This document shows, piece by piece, positions 1 through 14,400 of a stretch of 64,000 nucleotides of DNA. How positions within the stretch are numbered: position 1 is the first letter of the stretch; the number at the start of each line of letters is the position of its first letter. The notes beneath the pieces are model-generated. The model was not told where the DNA came from. It saw only the letters and a program-made list of their open reading frames with translations, and made no database searches. Location of the stretch: contig NC_087437.1 of the NCBI RefSeq assembly GCF_036321535.1, positions 85,004,001 through 85,068,000 on the forward strand, read 5' to 3'. A program made the position numbers and the translations under genes. The stretch comes from Camelus dromedarius (Eukaryota).

Positions 1-327
1 ATTTTCTTCGCTCCAAGATTAAAAGCCAGGTGTTTTAATAATGTTGTATCTGTGCTGTTTTCCTCCTTACGGTAGGAACAATATCTGATGCAGCAAAGTC
101 CCTGCCTTTCTTGGGGAGCTATTTTCATACTAGCAACATTGACCCATATAAGAAAAAATATGTTCAAGTACAGGAGAAGGCACACAGGTGCACACTGTTA
201 CCAGACAGAGTACAGCACCTTGGCTTCATATCTCTTCTTCAGTACAAACTACCAACACAACCAAGATTCAAAACATAGATTTTGCATCCCTTGAACTTGT
301 ATCTACACTTTCTGAGTAGAGATATTA

Positions 328-392
328 TGCCTGCCTGCAGGTCCTGCCATGTCCCTGCCTGCCTGCAGGTCCTGGCATGTCCCTGCCTGCCT
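328..392. repeat. 28-bp GC-rich tandem repeat, ~2.3 copies
   Basis: tgcctgcctgcaggtcctgccatgtccc / tgcctgcctgcaggtcctggcatgtccc / tgcctgcct read directly; 1 mismatch between the full units. Confidence 0.9.
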
Positions 393-919
393 ACGTAAAG
401 TCTAATGTGATAGTGATTTTGATTTAATCTTATCCATTTGGCCTCTTAGGATTTCATATTCCAAAGATGTGTCGTGGCCATTTACCTAGCTAAAATCAAT
501 AATTGACATATCTAAAAGCCCTGCTTCCCACTATGTGGAAGTATACTCTCATCCTTGATTTTCTGTAAATCAGATCCATTAAGGTGGGGACATAGAACCT
601 TCAATTGTTCAAGTTCATAGATGTGTTGATTTTGGCCACAGGTCTCTCAGGGATTATGCTGTCTCAGTCCCAGGAACCCGTCGTGGAGACTGACTTCTCT
701 CTGCTCTCCTCAGGCTGACTGCTATAACACAAGGTAAATTGTTATATTTTATATGTCTGAATACATAGAAACATTTAACACTTTAAAAGGCATGTATTTC
801 CAATATATTACATTTACATGTATTAGAAATAACAAGAATATCCACTTTTGTGTAAGCCTTGAATTAAAGTTGCCAAGATGGTAGAATTGACTTGTATTTT
901 GACCTTTTTCACCTACATA

Positions 920-1080
920 CTGTTGGACTTGGGCAGTTATTCTCCTTCTTTGAATTTCAATATGTCCTGTGAAGTGGGATCAGTAAGCTTGCATCAGCTA
1001 TTTTATAAAATATTTTAAGCTTCAAAAAATAATGAATAGAAAATGCTGTTAAAATACAAATTATTAACCAATGTAAAATA
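920..1080 (+). mobile_element. MIR SINE fragment (degenerate)
   Basis: gacttgggcagttattctcc...ctgtgaagtgggat resembles the MIR core. Confidence 0.45.
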
Positions 1081-2479
1081 TTAAGATGAGCAGTGATTCT
1101 CTAGGACATTCAACCTAACACTTTATCATTAATGAAATTCTATTACATGTCTATACGATATAAAATGAACATAACATTGAATAAATTGAAAACCTTGAAA
1201 GTGACCCTAGGCTTTTAATTTAAGAGTTATAAATTTCCTGAACTAAATATGCCAATTTCTTCCCCCTACTGTTTATAAATTTTTCTCATTCAGAACTATG
1301 ATATCTAAAACAACTTCTTCTCAAATCTAAGACTCACATATGGTGTCAAATTCAAATATTATAAACTATGTTTAGAAAAGGAAATACTTATTTTACTTAA
1401 ACCAAAGTTGTTATTATTGTTTGTAAACTAGGTGACAAATATATTGGAATTCTATGAAGTAGAAAATTGATTATGTATGTCTCTCCCCAGAAAAAAAGTC
1501 TGCATTCATTGCATGCAGTACAGACCAGCTCGATGTATCTAGATGGTGGCTATCCATCTAGGTGGCTAGGTGTTCAGCTATTATCTTTCACACTGATCAT
1601 TTACATTTCATTCCTTGGTAGTCTGCTGTGTTTGTGGCTGAGCCTTGCGCAGATGGTACAACAGAAGATTAAGTTGCCCCAACACTAAACTGAATGATTG
1701 ATGGCCGAGGTTTTCATATAGCAAAGTGCAATTTTGTTACATAATTACCAGAATTATATGCAGCACTATATCTATTTCCTGACTATAAATTGAAGGGTTG
1801 TTCTGTCTGAGTTATGAAAGAAATTATAGACTAATTTGTGGAAACAACATCTGTTGTGAACAGGCAAAAAGCTCTCGTAAGAAAGGAATAATTTATTTCC
1901 TTCTGTTTTGTAGCGATTTATAAGATCAAGAGAAAATGAAGGTATTTTCATAGTCTGTAGTCCTTTACAAAAATATTTATGTCTGCACTTGTATATTCTA
2001 TAAAAACACAGTGCTACAATTTTTGTCATGCTTAGAAAAAAGTTAAATATTCATTTTCTCATAAATGCATTTTAACTTGATATGCAACAACACATTAATT
2101 TTATAAGCACATTTTGAAAATGATGAAGTACATTTTTATGTTTTCCAAAACATTATAGTTCTCAGAACACAAAGAAAATGTTACAGATATTTGGTAACTC
2201 ACAGATGGGACAATAAACAAATTATCACTCTGAAAAACTATGTACTGTTTCTAACTGTTTCCTTTGGAATCCCACTCTTTCTAACCCTCTCATGCAAATT
2301 CTACCAATCCTTTAAGCATCACTTTAAATAAGACTTGCTCCTGAGATTGGGTGAATTAGGCATAGTGTAAATCATGGGGGATTTGGGGTGTGAGGTCATG
2401 GCCAGACTGGGTAGTGTATTCCTCATAAAGACTGCAAATTGCTTTACACACCGTTCAGGCCAAATTACAAGCATCTATG

Positions 2480-4597
2480 CGTCCCTTCACTGTCTGATGG
2501 TTGTTTTATTTTTGTTTTAATCCTCAGAGATGATTTATAAACTCATGAGGAGGATAATCAATTGTGTACATCTATGTTACTGTTCTTTCCATTGATCTTT
2601 CTTCTTTTCTCCTTGATAATCTAAGATACCTTTTTATCATTTCCTTTCTGTTTGAAGAACTTCCAATAGCCAATTTTTAGGCCAGCTAGTGACAAATTTA
2701 TTTAGTTTTCCTTTATCTGAGAATGTCTTTATTTCATTTTCATTCCTAAAGAATTATTTTACTTGATAGAGAAATCTAGTCTGAGAAGTTGTTTTTTTCA
2801 GCACTGAAACAATTTTGTGCCACTTCCTTCTGACCCCCTTGTTTTCAGATTAGAAATCATTTGTCATTAGAATTGGTGTCCCTTATAGTTGATGTTCCAT
2901 TTCTGTCTGGCTGCTTTCAAGGCTTTTTATTTGTCTTTGGTTTTTGGAAGTTTAATTGTGATATGTTTTGGCATAGAATTCTTCAGATTTCTGTTCGAGG
3001 TTTGCTCAGTTTCTTAAACCTGCTGTGTCTTTTGCTAAATGTGGAAGTTTGGGGCCATTTTCTTCAGATGCCCTTCCAGCCCAGTTCTCTTTCTCTTTTT
3101 CTGGGATGTTGATGACACAGTATATGACCTTTTGTTATCATCCCACTGACCCTTTTGTCTGTGTTCATTGATTCCAGTCTACTTTCTCTCAGACTGGTGA
3201 GACTGAGATTAGGTAAAGCAATTGATCTGTCCTCAACTTCCTTCATCTTCCGTCACCACCACTCTGCTATCGATTCTATCCATCATGTCTTTTTATTCCT
3301 CTTATTGTATTTTTCAGTTCTATAATTTACATTTGCCTTTTTCTGTAACTTCTATTTCTTTGCTAAGATTTAAATTTGTGTTGCTTGCTTTAAGAACATT
3401 TCTAATTGGTTGTTAAAGCATTTTTTATGATGACTACTTTAAAATCCTTATAGACTAATTCCATTTGGTTCATCTTGGTGCTGGTGTCAGTTAGTTCAAT
3501 TTTCTCCAGGTTGTTATTTTTCTGGCTCTTAATATCATGAGTGATTTTCTGTTGTATTCTGGACATTTTGTCTATTATGTTGACTTCCTGATCTGGTTAT
3601 AGCCTTCATTCTATCTGCACTTACCCTGGTTTAAGTCCTGGTCTACTTTTGTGGACTTTATGTGTTAACAGCAGTTTCATTTTCAGACCTTGCAGTGTTA
3701 TTTTGGTCTCCTTGGATTATTTGATGCTGTTGTGACTGCCTGAGCGGGTAGGAGAGCTATTTCTAGTCCTGGCCACTAGATGCCCCTCAGTTGGGATGGT
3801 ACGGTGAATTTCAGGCTCTTGGGAATAAAGAGGCTTCCCTATCCAGTCTCCAGTTGTGATGATTTCCCTTGCCTGTGGAGAAAGGGAAGTGCTTCCTGGG
3901 CTAGGCACTTCTTGGGACAGAATTTCCTCTATTGGTTTTCCAGCTACCCTCTGTCTCTGGGTGGGGATGAGGATGCTAAGGCCCTAATGGACAAACAAAC
4001 ATCCTGGACAGGGCCACTTATTTAGGTTGGGTCTGAATACTCCAATGTCCCCCCGTGAAAAAGAAGAGTCCTGGATTGGCCTGTAGGGACAAAGAAGCTT
4101 CCATGCTGGGTTGCTTGTAGTGTCAGGTCCATTTCTCCTGTGCTGCCCAGCCACCCATGTGCCACTTGGGGAGGAGGGGCAATTTCAACCCAGTGTGGAC
4201 AGAGTTTCCCCAAGCTCTTCCCCTGGTCACATATGGTTATCAGGGCTCCCCATAGGTGCCTGTTCTTAGTGGTCAGGTAGTAGAAGTCTTGTTTGGTATT
4301 GCCTGAGGGCTCCAGTTTCATCCTGGGAAGGAATGAGCCTGCCTAGGCTGCCTGCTGTTGTTAGGTTTGGGACCAGAAAAGTGCTGGGCCTGGATTGCTG
4401 TCTTCTACTGGGGTTAGGGATATAAACACCTTGCTGTTATGTGATTCCTCCAGTTCTGGGGTCCTGAACCAGCTTGCTGCACACTTTCCACCTTCTAGAG
4501 TCCTCCTATGTTGCCTTGTATACTATTTACAGAATTTATATTTAGAGAAGAGGAGTAAGAAACAATTCTATGTCATCTTGTCCAAACTGGAAATCTT
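2480..4597 (-). mobile_element. Ancient L1M (L1MD/L1ME-like) 5' UTR plus ORF1 remnant
   Basis: T-rich antisense ORF1-type sequence (tttcctttatctgagaatgtctttatttc...), then a GC-richer 5' UTR-like segment ending in gtcatcttgtccaaactggaaatc, the reverse complement of an L1M 5' start; no intact ORF. Confidence 0.7.
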
Positions 4598-4739
4598 CAA
4601 TATTTTTTAAATTAAAATTTTCTTTTTTATTCCTGAGAGTATCATTTCAAAATATACTTTCTATTTTAAAATGTATACCCTCTTAAAATAGAAATTAGGA
4701 GATGAGAAGCTGAAAGTGGGGGGACAAATCTGTCATGAT

Positions 4740-5540
4740 CTTATGGGAGTAAATTAGAGAAATCTATTGGAGGAAATAATAAGAAGATCTAAATAGAGAT
4801 ATATCATGGTCATGGAGAGATGAGTTCATTTAATAATAATTTAATGAACGTGACAGTTGTCCCGAAATTAATCCACAAATTAAACATGATTCCCAGCAAA
4901 ATTCCTACAAGGATTTTCATGGAATCCAGGCTGATTTAAACATTTATGGACGAGCATAAAGTTTCAAGAATAGTTTTCACAATTTAGGAAATAGAAGAGT
5001 TAAAAGAAAATGAGAAGGATAAAGAGAAAGTAGAGAATAAAAATGGAGAGAATAAAAAAGAAGTAAAGAAAAAAATAGTGGTTAAGAAGGAGATGTAGAG
5101 AAAGACATGCTACTGGAAATCAAGATTTTTAAACCTATAATTTAAAAGTTTGGTATTACATGAGGTACTTCAATAGACTAGTTGAACGTAATAGAGAGCT
5201 TAACAAATTCATGTTTGTTATACGACAGAAATAAGGGTTTAAATGAATAGTGCTGGGAAATTTAAATATTTATTAGAATTTGTTATATAGTAAAAACATA
5301 TTTTATAATAATGATGAGATATGTTTTATAAAAAATTTTACAGAAACATATGACAATGGAAATTTTTATTGCGTATTTGAATACAAAAGTCTTATAAAGC
5401 AATATGTTAAAGACCACTGTGCCAAAGATATAGTCACTTCTCAAAAGATAGTTTCCAAAGAGCCAGTGGATATATAAAAATACCCTCAATAGGGAAATAC
5501 AAACTAATAGCAATAAATTATACTTCATGATTAAATTACA
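4740..5540 (+). mobile_element. Ancient L1ME-like ORF2 fragment
   Basis: aagaagatctaaatagagatatatcatggtcatgga...aaattaatccacaaattaaacatgattccca resembles the ORF2 'KEDLNKWRDIPCSW...PKLIYRFNAIP' region; A-rich and heavily decayed. Confidence 0.65.
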
Positions 5541-5569
5541 ACATTAAGTTCATTTTTGTGATTAGAATA

Positions 5570-5680
5570 ATGCCTGTGAATTCATAAGAAGAAGGATCAT
5601 GCCTTTTTATTGGCACATTAATCTTAGTTTCAAACCTGATGCATTTTCTAGGTGTTCAGTATATTTTAAATGTCTGAATG
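5570..5680 (+). mobile_element. L2 3' end fragment
   Basis: ...taggtgttcagtatattttaaatgtctgaatga resembles the L2 terminus. Confidence 0.45.
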
Positions 5681-6026
5681 ATTATGGTTTATATTGTTCA
5701 ATAAATACGTGTTATTTGTTGAGCAAATATTTCAGAGCAAATTTGCTAAAATGTCTTTTGATATAAATGGCATGTTAATAGTCTTCAAAATCATTTCATA
5801 AAATTCTACTAAGAAAAAAATGTAGCATGCCTTTAAATAGTGTATATTTACAATATACCTTTAGTTATCAATATTTTAAAACTAATTTCCGTGGAGCAAT
5901 ATTTACCATAGTTTCATATTCTTCTAGTAATGTGTATTTATTTGTACATTATTAATGACTTAAATATTAATCACCGCCTAAGATGTGATTTATCTGTTTA
6001 GGTCTCATGGAAACAGACCACTTAGA

Positions 6027-6028
<2 letters not shown>

Positions 6029-6068
<40 letters not shown>
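6029..6068. repeat. (AC)20 microsatellite
   Basis: perfect dinucleotide run followed by gcgcg. Confidence 0.98.
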
Positions 6069-6070
<2 letters not shown>

Positions 6071-6889
6071 GCGTTCATAGGGATTTGTAATGATCAGATA
6101 AAAATCAAATTGTCTAATTTTCTACTAATCACTATATTTATAGAACAACTATGTTAATTAATGCTTAACATGTAAAAGTTACATGACATTTCTAGATCTC
6201 AGTGAGTGTTGGGCTCTGTAAACTTTGAACTAATTTTATAGCTTAAACCATCCGTTATTCTATAGCAATAAGTTCTGAAAAGAAAAAAGGGTGAAAACAT
6301 TTGCATACAGTATTACATATTCTTTGTTCTCAATTGTTTCCTGCTCTTGTATTTAATAAAAGTTAGTTTTTTTAAGCTGAACAGCTCTTCCTTTTATACC
6401 TTTTTGTATTTTTAAGTCAAAAGTAATATTTTACATCTCCTTGTGAACTTAATTGTAAAATATGACTTACCACATAAAATTATACATGATTAATACATAT
6501 GTATATACTACATCTATTGATGAAATAGTTTATGAATTGTTGTTTTAATATTTCTTTTATTTTCTCTTTTTACTTGTACTTTATCATGTAGGTAATATTA
6601 GTATTGTCATTTATATAGCTTACAAATAATAAGTGATGGATACCCTCAAATTTTAATGATATACTTGCAAAAACAAGAAGTTTTTTTCTTCTTCTTAATT
6701 GATCCAATTAAAAAGGAACATAAATCTAGTTCTATTAAAATTAATAGGGAAGATGAAAATAATGCAATTGTAAGAAGTTATTGGAGAGCACTTTCTTAGG
6801 ATTTCACAGAAGTGTAAAAACTTAACCAGAAACACAGAGGCTATAAAGCAAACTATTGACAGATTGATTTTTAAAATTCTTTGTTTTGA

Positions 6890-7145
6890 ATATGTCAGAT
6901 AGGGCAACTGAACTCCAGTAACAGAAAAGGTCAATATTTGGTGCTTTAAAACAACAAGATTTATCCTTGAACACATTTATCCCCAAACAGATATTCCTAG
7001 CTAGTGGATGTCTTCCCCTCAAGCAGTGATTAAAGGGCCAAGCTGCTTTCATCTTATGGGAGTTCAAGGTCACTGAACTCATTGGAGTCCAGCAGCATAG
7101 GGGGAAAGAGTGTGTGAATGGCTGCTTGAGTGCTTTGGAGCTAAA
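6890..7145 (-). mobile_element. ERVL-MaLR LTR fragment (MLT1K/L-like)
   Basis: ttaaaacaacaagatttat...gcagtgattaaagggccaagctgctttcatctt resembles an old MLT1 antisense. Confidence 0.45.
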
Positions 7146-7149
7146 TAAA

Positions 7150-7730
7150 TCTTATAACTTGATAAAGCCATTAAAATAAAACCAATTGAGGTTGGGAAAG
7201 TTATTTGAACAATATTCACAGTAACAAAAAGAAACACCCTAATAAACATGAGAAAAGATGTGCAAAGACAATGATAGTAAAAGGTATAAAATACATTTTT
7301 TATAAAGTTCCAAAGATTGATACAGCTTTAATGAGTGTATCTCAGAACTACTGGTAGAAATATGAATTGATCATTTTTATGAAATGAATCTGGTATTACT
7401 CACTGCATTTTAAAACAGGAAAACACTTTGACCTATGCATTTTTCTTCTAGGAATTCATCAAAGTAAGACAGTAGTTACTAAATTGCAGTTTCTAAGATA
7501 TTCACTGAAGTAGATTTTATACCAATGGAAAAATAAAATTTAAATAGTTGATTTTCAGAAAATGATTTAGTTCCATAGTTATTTATTTAGGAATTAGTTT
7601 TATTTTACATAAAAGAATCCAATTGTAAAATAGCATGTATAACTGATCCCAATTTATGGAAATGAATACAATGTGAAAAAGTACAAAAGGAATACATCAA
7701 TTTTTAACATCGCTGTCCTTAGTGAGGTTT
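7150..7730 (+). mobile_element. L1ME-like ORF2 3' / 3' UTR remnant
   Basis: ctactggtagaaatatgaattg...ctttgacctatgcattttcttctaggaatt-like decayed ORF2 C-terminal motifs. Confidence 0.5.
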
Positions 7731-9529
7731 GAGCACTATTAAATCAGTAAGCATACATTATGTTAATTAGAAATAATATAATTTTAAAGGGAGAAATAGA
7801 CAAATAATTCAAGTGCTAATAAAACACATGCTGCAATTGCGTTTTAAACCCCTTTGGTGGTCTTTCTGTTGTATAATACATTCCTAATTGTGACAGAGAT
7901 AAAACAATAGGACTTACAATTATGAAATTATTCCCCATGTTTCATTAAGGTACAATAATTGAAATTTATTTAAAAATAGAAAATATTACACAAATAAATT
8001 CTGAAATTTTAACTCATAGGATTTAACTCAAGTGATCATTGCAAAGGTACATAATTAAATTGAGGCAGAAGGATACACTGAAAAGTATATGTAAAGATTT
8101 ACAAAGGAAAAGATAAGTCTATATATGAACTTTATGTATCATATACATTAATAATGAAAGGTTAAATATACGTCCCCTCAGACTAGGATTAGGATTTCAT
8201 CGTTAGTCAGCCACTAGTTGCTAAAGTGGATTGCAGGCCACATCATATCTAACATGCTGTTTTCTTTAAAATATACCTTTTTTTCTATAACATTATATAT
8301 TTTAGTTAATTAAATGATCTTTCTGATTCCTTCAAGCCCAATGATAGAGCCAAATTTCTGTTTTCAACTAGTGTACTTGAGTCTCATTGTGTGCTAAATT
8401 CTATGCTAAGTAGTGGTCGATTCTAAAATAAGAAAGGCGTGGCCCCTCCATGTTGGAGAACTGAATAGACTACTAAGTGAAATAAGATACACATCTTCCA
8501 ATGTATAGTGTAATTAAAATTTGCCATCAACAAAGCATACTCTGAAAAGAAAGTGGAAGAAATAATTTTATTCAGTAAGTTACTGATAAAGAGATTGGCT
8601 TCTAAGATAACCAGCAAAGTTGTAGGTGGTCATAGACCCTTGAAAGATCTCACTGCTCTCTCACTAGCTGTGAGACTCTCCTCAGTGTGAAAGGACTCAG
8701 AGCCCCATTGGCTTCCTGATTATTCTCCTGCAATATAGACTAATATTAACAAACATCGTTGGTTAAACTGTTACTAGAACTAAACACACTGTGTGCATTG
8801 TAAGAAAGGATGCTGTTTATTTATTTTTCCTATGGAGTTTTTATTTTTTATCTTTTCTACAGAAAGGAAAGGACCAAAGATAAATTAAGGATACAAATGA
8901 ACTATTATATGAACTATTTTAAAGTAACTTTTCAGATTTACAATACTGTTACTATCTCCCTGAAAAAAATATTTCTCAAACCCTGTCTGCTTTTGAGTTT
9001 CTGCATCCTTTCCAGATTGCACTCACAGTTTCACTCCTATGTTTTCCAAATGGTATTGACTTAAATAGAGCTATTTCATTTACTCCAATCCCACATTTTG
9101 GGCAAAATTTTTTTTTATTATTTTCATTTGTGTGTGTCTCAAAATAGCGCTCTTTTCCTAGATATGTACAAAAGTCTCAAAAATAATCATTCAGTATTAA
9201 CCCATTTTTGAGCACCGTAATTCTTACAATGGAGACTCTAACATGAGTTTACTTTGTTAATATGCATCTCAGTTTTTTTTCTTTATTTGCTTTGCTGTAT
9301 GTTTAACTACAGTTTGGTAGCTAAGATCCAGGCACCTATGGATAAACCACCACAATATCAAATGGCCGGTTGCCTTTTCTTCCAAGTATCATCGGTCTAG
9401 GTTCCCTGTCTTTGCCATATCCAGTGTAGTAGTGTATGGTTGAAAGAACTGAGTTTTAGAATGATTTGGATCTTAAGTTAAAGTCTCAACTCCACAGTCT
9501 CTAGCAGTGACAACATGCTCTGCGATGGT

Positions 9530-10262
9530 GGATACATCAGCCATTATCCAGTATTGAAAAGGGGAGTACACCAGCTATTCTAGCAGACAGACATCAGCGT
9601 TTTACAAAGTGTTAATTAGGTATACTTTTGTTGACTAGGTGACTTCAAGGATAATAAGAGAACTTTAAGGTATCAAGGAGGTGGCAATTGCAGGGAGTAG
9701 GTACCCTCTTAGATCTGAAGAAAAAAAGGCAAGAGGGGGCAATTATTAAAGTGTAAGAATTAGAGAAGGGCTCCATGGAGCTCAAACTCTAACCTGGAAG
9801 AGAGGGTAATGCTCCTTTGATGAGGTGTCTCTGAACCCTAGAAAGGTGCCCCGCTGGCTTGGGGCATAGACCTTTGGAGAGGTGGCACCAGCTGGCTGCT
9901 GCTGGGGTCTGATGTAGATGTCTGTAAGTGCTGGAAAACCTGCAAACTGGATCCATCTCCTGCCACAAAAAGGAGCGTCTATAAAGAATGAAGGAACATT
10001 GCAGGTGTAGCCCTCAAAAGAACAGTGAGGAGTCTGTAAGCCCACAGAAAAACCCGTAAGTAGCAGAGAGAAAAGAGGAGAAATCTTTTTCCTCCTTTAG
10101 CTTTGAAGCCTCCTTTCAGAATGCCCTATCTTCGGAGACTAACAGGGAGCCATCTGGCAAAGCAAAAATATGGTTTACTGAAGCCCAGTGGCAGTTTCAC
10201 AGAGCAGAGTATAGAAGGGTGGATTTGGAGCTGGGAGATTAATAACTGAAAAATTGCCACCA
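9530..10262. mobile_element. Ancient LTR (probably ERVL-MaLR class)
   Basis: 3' part ctaacagggagccatctggcaaagc...cagagcagagtatagaagggtggatttggagctgggaga matches a recalled old LTR terminus; higher GC than the flanks. Confidence 0.55.
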
Positions 10263-10679
10263 TTGGGATAATAGGTGTTTAGTAATAGAGGATAGAGATG
10301 GACAACTCTATCCTTATGGCATAGAGAATAAAATATGCAATATATACCATATATAATCACAGACACTCAGTTTGTGAACCATACTAATAAAGATGATGCT
10401 AGTGAACCCCACATCTTGACTCTTTGCCTGGAGGTTAACATTTGAAAATATTTAACCCTGACACAATATTGCATCTGCCTTCAGCACCTGTATTCATCTT
10501 CTTTGCTCTGTTATGACTTTATTTTGTTATAAATAATCACTTGTGTTCTATCATATCCCAAGGTTTGAGTGGAAACCAGGGATACTTGTCTGAAAAATAT
10601 ATAAACCGTATAAATCAAAGATACTAAATAGAAAACTGAGAAAGAATGTGTTTCTTGCAGTTTTTCAGCTGCAAGTTAT

Positions 10680-11485
10680 TATTAATAGAACCTTGTCGGT
10701 GTGGCAGATGTAGGAAAGTAGGATAATTATATAATCTGATTAAATCTCAGTCTACCAGTGGGTATATGTCTCAGAAGAGTGTCTCAAGCAATGTATCTCT
10801 ATTGGAGTAGGTAGTTTTTTTTTCTATCCCTTGCTTCTTTCTTTGGATGAAGCATTCCCAATCTGTAGCCCTGCAGCTTTTACTTTTGTTGACTGTGGTT
10901 TTCTTTTCTCCTCCCTTAGGTGAGACAGAAAGTTTGAAGGTAGCTTGAATAGGGAGGAATTCCCTTCCCCAGCTACCAGTACATTTCAGCGCTGTCTTCT
11001 AGCAAAGTCCTTTCCCCTGGAATGTAGGCCTTTTTTATATAAAAGATTATATGTGTATTTTACAATGGTTACTTTCCTCTTCTGCATTCCAGAGCCTAGA
11101 AGGGATCTTTCTCTGATTCTCATCTTTATAACCTGATGGTGTCCCAGAAGGGGAAATTCATGGATGTGAAAGGGGTTCTCCCAAGACTATGGCCCCCAGG
11201 AGATTCTCACTCTAAATGCAGTCCACATTCAGCCTCCAGCAGTTCCTCAAAGTGACCACTTACATGTTCCTACCAGTTTTTTAGCTCCGGTGGTTTCTGC
11301 TCCAGGTGAGCAGAACAATAACTCAGCTCCTGCATAACCACAGGTGCTCCTGTCTCTCCAGATTTTGGGCACAGTGGTTTGCCGTGGGACCCCAGGTCTC
11401 AGTGAGTCCCAGAATAGTCGACTTTTTCTTGTAAGAACAGGAGAAACAATTTCTAAGCTTCTTATATGTTGGAGCTGAAGCAAAA
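10680..11485 (-). mobile_element. L1MC/L1M4-type 5' end fragment
   Basis: ctcccttaggtgagacagaaag..., ggcccccaggagattctcactct..., and terminal ctaagcttcttatatgttggagctgaa typical of an antisense L1MC 5' end. Confidence 0.65.
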
Positions 11486-14400
11486 AATGAGCATACTCAT
11501 TAAGATGAAAACAAAAGTATTCAAAGGCAGGAACTTGTTCTGATCACTTATAATGTGGATGAAGATTACACCAATTATCTGCTTTATTTTTCATTCTGTT
11601 TACTGGAAAAATTAGTTATAGACTAGTTAGTATCTAGAGTCCAGTGTTCCGTTGAGTATTAGTTTTTTTTAATCACGTTAAGAAATTAAAATCTATCTGA
11701 AAGGCATTAAATGGAGAATTTTATAAAAATCCATATATTTTTCCTGAATTGTACTTAGCACTCATCAAGGGTTTTGTTATAAATCACACTTTAAAATTTT
11801 TACTTCCCACTAGGTCCTTTGAATCAAGAAATGTAATTAAAACCGTCAAGAATATGTTTAACATACTACATTTTCAGCACTTAAATTCAGTTCTTTACCT
11901 TGACATTTCTGCAAAATAACGTTCAATTAAAAATATTATGCTTAAAATAAACTCAATCTAAGCAACTAACAGTATTTTAGAGAATTCTATAAATATGTGA
12001 TGGTTCCCATTACAACTACTATCTTTTGACTCTCAAAAAATTTTAAATTGCTTAAGTAGTGGTATATACAGATGTCAAATTACAATACTGCACACCTGAA
12101 AAATATATAGTAAAAAAAAGTAATTACTTAATGTTCTTTTCCTAAGTATCTAAACACTTCGCTCTGGTTGTTTCATCTTTTATGCAATAAGCATAAAAAT
12201 GAATTTCTTTTCAAAAATAAGGTTTAGTGAAAATTAAAATTAAGTTTCATGAATGTGAATTTACATTAAAAATCAGAATTAAATCCAATGTAGATTTATT
12301 TTAAATAAAAACATAGAGCTTTATATAAAACAGATAATTATAAATTGATATAAAAACGAGTTTGAGAATTACTTTGTATTTATATGTTATGAGATAAGGG
12401 ATGTCATATTTAGCTTGTATTACTGGTTTACTTCTGTCCTGAATGCTAGTACTACTTGCATTTTCTTCCTAACATTATACAGTTAATTTAAACAACAAAT
12501 CATTTATAATAAAATGGCTATATAAATAGAGATATGTTTTAATTGCTTTTTTCTCTTTGTCCCTTTTTGAATTCTAGAACTGACCAGTTCTACAGAACAG
12601 ACTTTTCTCTCCCTCCCTTGTGTTACTACAGGAGCAGCTATTTTGTCTGTGCCTCAGTGATTTATAATGTTCTCCTTTCACCTGAATTTATAAGCAAGTA
12701 CAAATATTATATTTTGCAGGATCCTTTTTAAGGAAAGGAAATTGATTATTTGCTTCACAATTCAACTGTGTCTGGATTGTTTTTTATAGTAATCTGGCAC
12801 AAACTGATTTAAAGTGATAGATCTTTGGGCCTCTTGGTCCAATGATTGACCACTGAGCTATGGAGGATCTCTCAGAAAAACTCATCATGCTATAAATATA
12901 TTCTCAGAATTTTTTGATAAATGATATCTGTAGCATGTGGTTAAAAGATTATTATATATTTTAAACTATCTTAAGATAATTTGGTTTGCTCATACATATA
13001 AGACATAGACCACGTTTAAGAGTTTGTTTTATCATTCTCTATTGCTGGCAAACCCTATATGCTTTGGTACAGAGACCACGGTTAAACTTTTGGGGCCAGT
13101 TACTTTTATAACATTTCTAAACGTAGTGAACTCAATCAACCACTGTAATTTTACAGCACTGTGAACCATCAGAGAACTGGGTATGTCAGAGTAAAATTCC
13201 CTTATCATAAGAAGAAGTTTAAAAAGTTTTAATTCTAGCAAAATATAGAAGTGTCCTGGATTTGTGATGTGTCTTAGGTGATTTTAGGCAAGAAGAATTT
13301 ATTTTGATAAACTATATGAATCAAGATGTTGACATGTAGGAAAATTATGTAAGGTCTCTTTCAAAAAATGATTAGCTTACTTTCAAAATGTATGATATGC
13401 TTACTCTGTATGTGATTTAACAGGGATGTGATACAAGGTATAATTTGCTACTTCTGCATTTCCAGTTGATTTCATTAATATGTAAAGTAAAAGGAACAAA
13501 TTACCTTCATGCAGAGTGTCTGCATACTTCTTAACCTACAGGCAGTGCCAGGTGACACAGCATGTACCCATATCTTATGGTTCCTTTTAGAATGGCAAAC
13601 TCACATATAAAAATAATTTAGATATCTACAAGATGACATTTGATGGAAAAGTAAAGTGTCTATTACAGTATAAACCTTTAAAATATAATCATCTCACCAA
13701 AATTTAAATATTATGTATTTTATTTTTCCCTGGTTTGATCATGTAAAGTGAGTTTTATTTCTGGTTTGCAGATGGGGTCCTAAAATTAAAATGTCCCTTC
13801 TCTTCCTAGAAATCATGCACAAAAAATAATAAAATGAAACAATTTACCTAGAACAAAATAAAACAGCCAGATAATATGCATATGTTTATGTGTATATATG
13901 CAATGTTTGTACAAATGCAAATATTAAAATAAAGTGGTGGTAGTGTGGGAGTCATACAAGAGAAGGCTAAAATAAGAAGTTATGGAAAAGGGACTCAGTG
14001 GTAGCACAATTATTTTTGTTTTGTTTCAGACAAAAAAAATCTTTAGGGTGAGTGTTGATCCTTGAGATAAAGACACTAAATTCCTTGTTTGGAATAAAGG
14101 AAGTACACCTGTTGTTATCTGGAGTTTCTTGGACCCAGCCTGGCTCCCTGAAGCAGAGATCTAGTCATAAATCAGGCATCACACATATATCCATATATGT
14201 ATAAGAACTCTGTGTCTTGACAGCAGAAGGGAAAAGAATATTCATATTGCAAATAATCTCTAGCTGCCCATGTCCATTAATTGGAAAGAAGTAAAAGCTA
14301 ATTTTACTCTTACATAAGCCCTATTCTATGAGAAAAAAATTTTAAGTGACTTGAAATAATGTGCTCATCCCTCTTTCAATAGACATTTTCTAATGGCTGG

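Noticed and set aside
328..392. Direct repeats of CRISPR-like length
   Set aside because: Head-to-tail with no spacers, in mammalian DNA with no cas genes.
3770..3788. CTCF-like word ggccactagatgcccc
   Set aside because: Mismatch in the conserved GGC core; lies in an old L1 5' UTR; a single weak hit.
13990..14010. ctcagtggtagcac, resembling a tRNA/SINE A-box
   Set aside because: No B-box, cloverleaf or tail follows.
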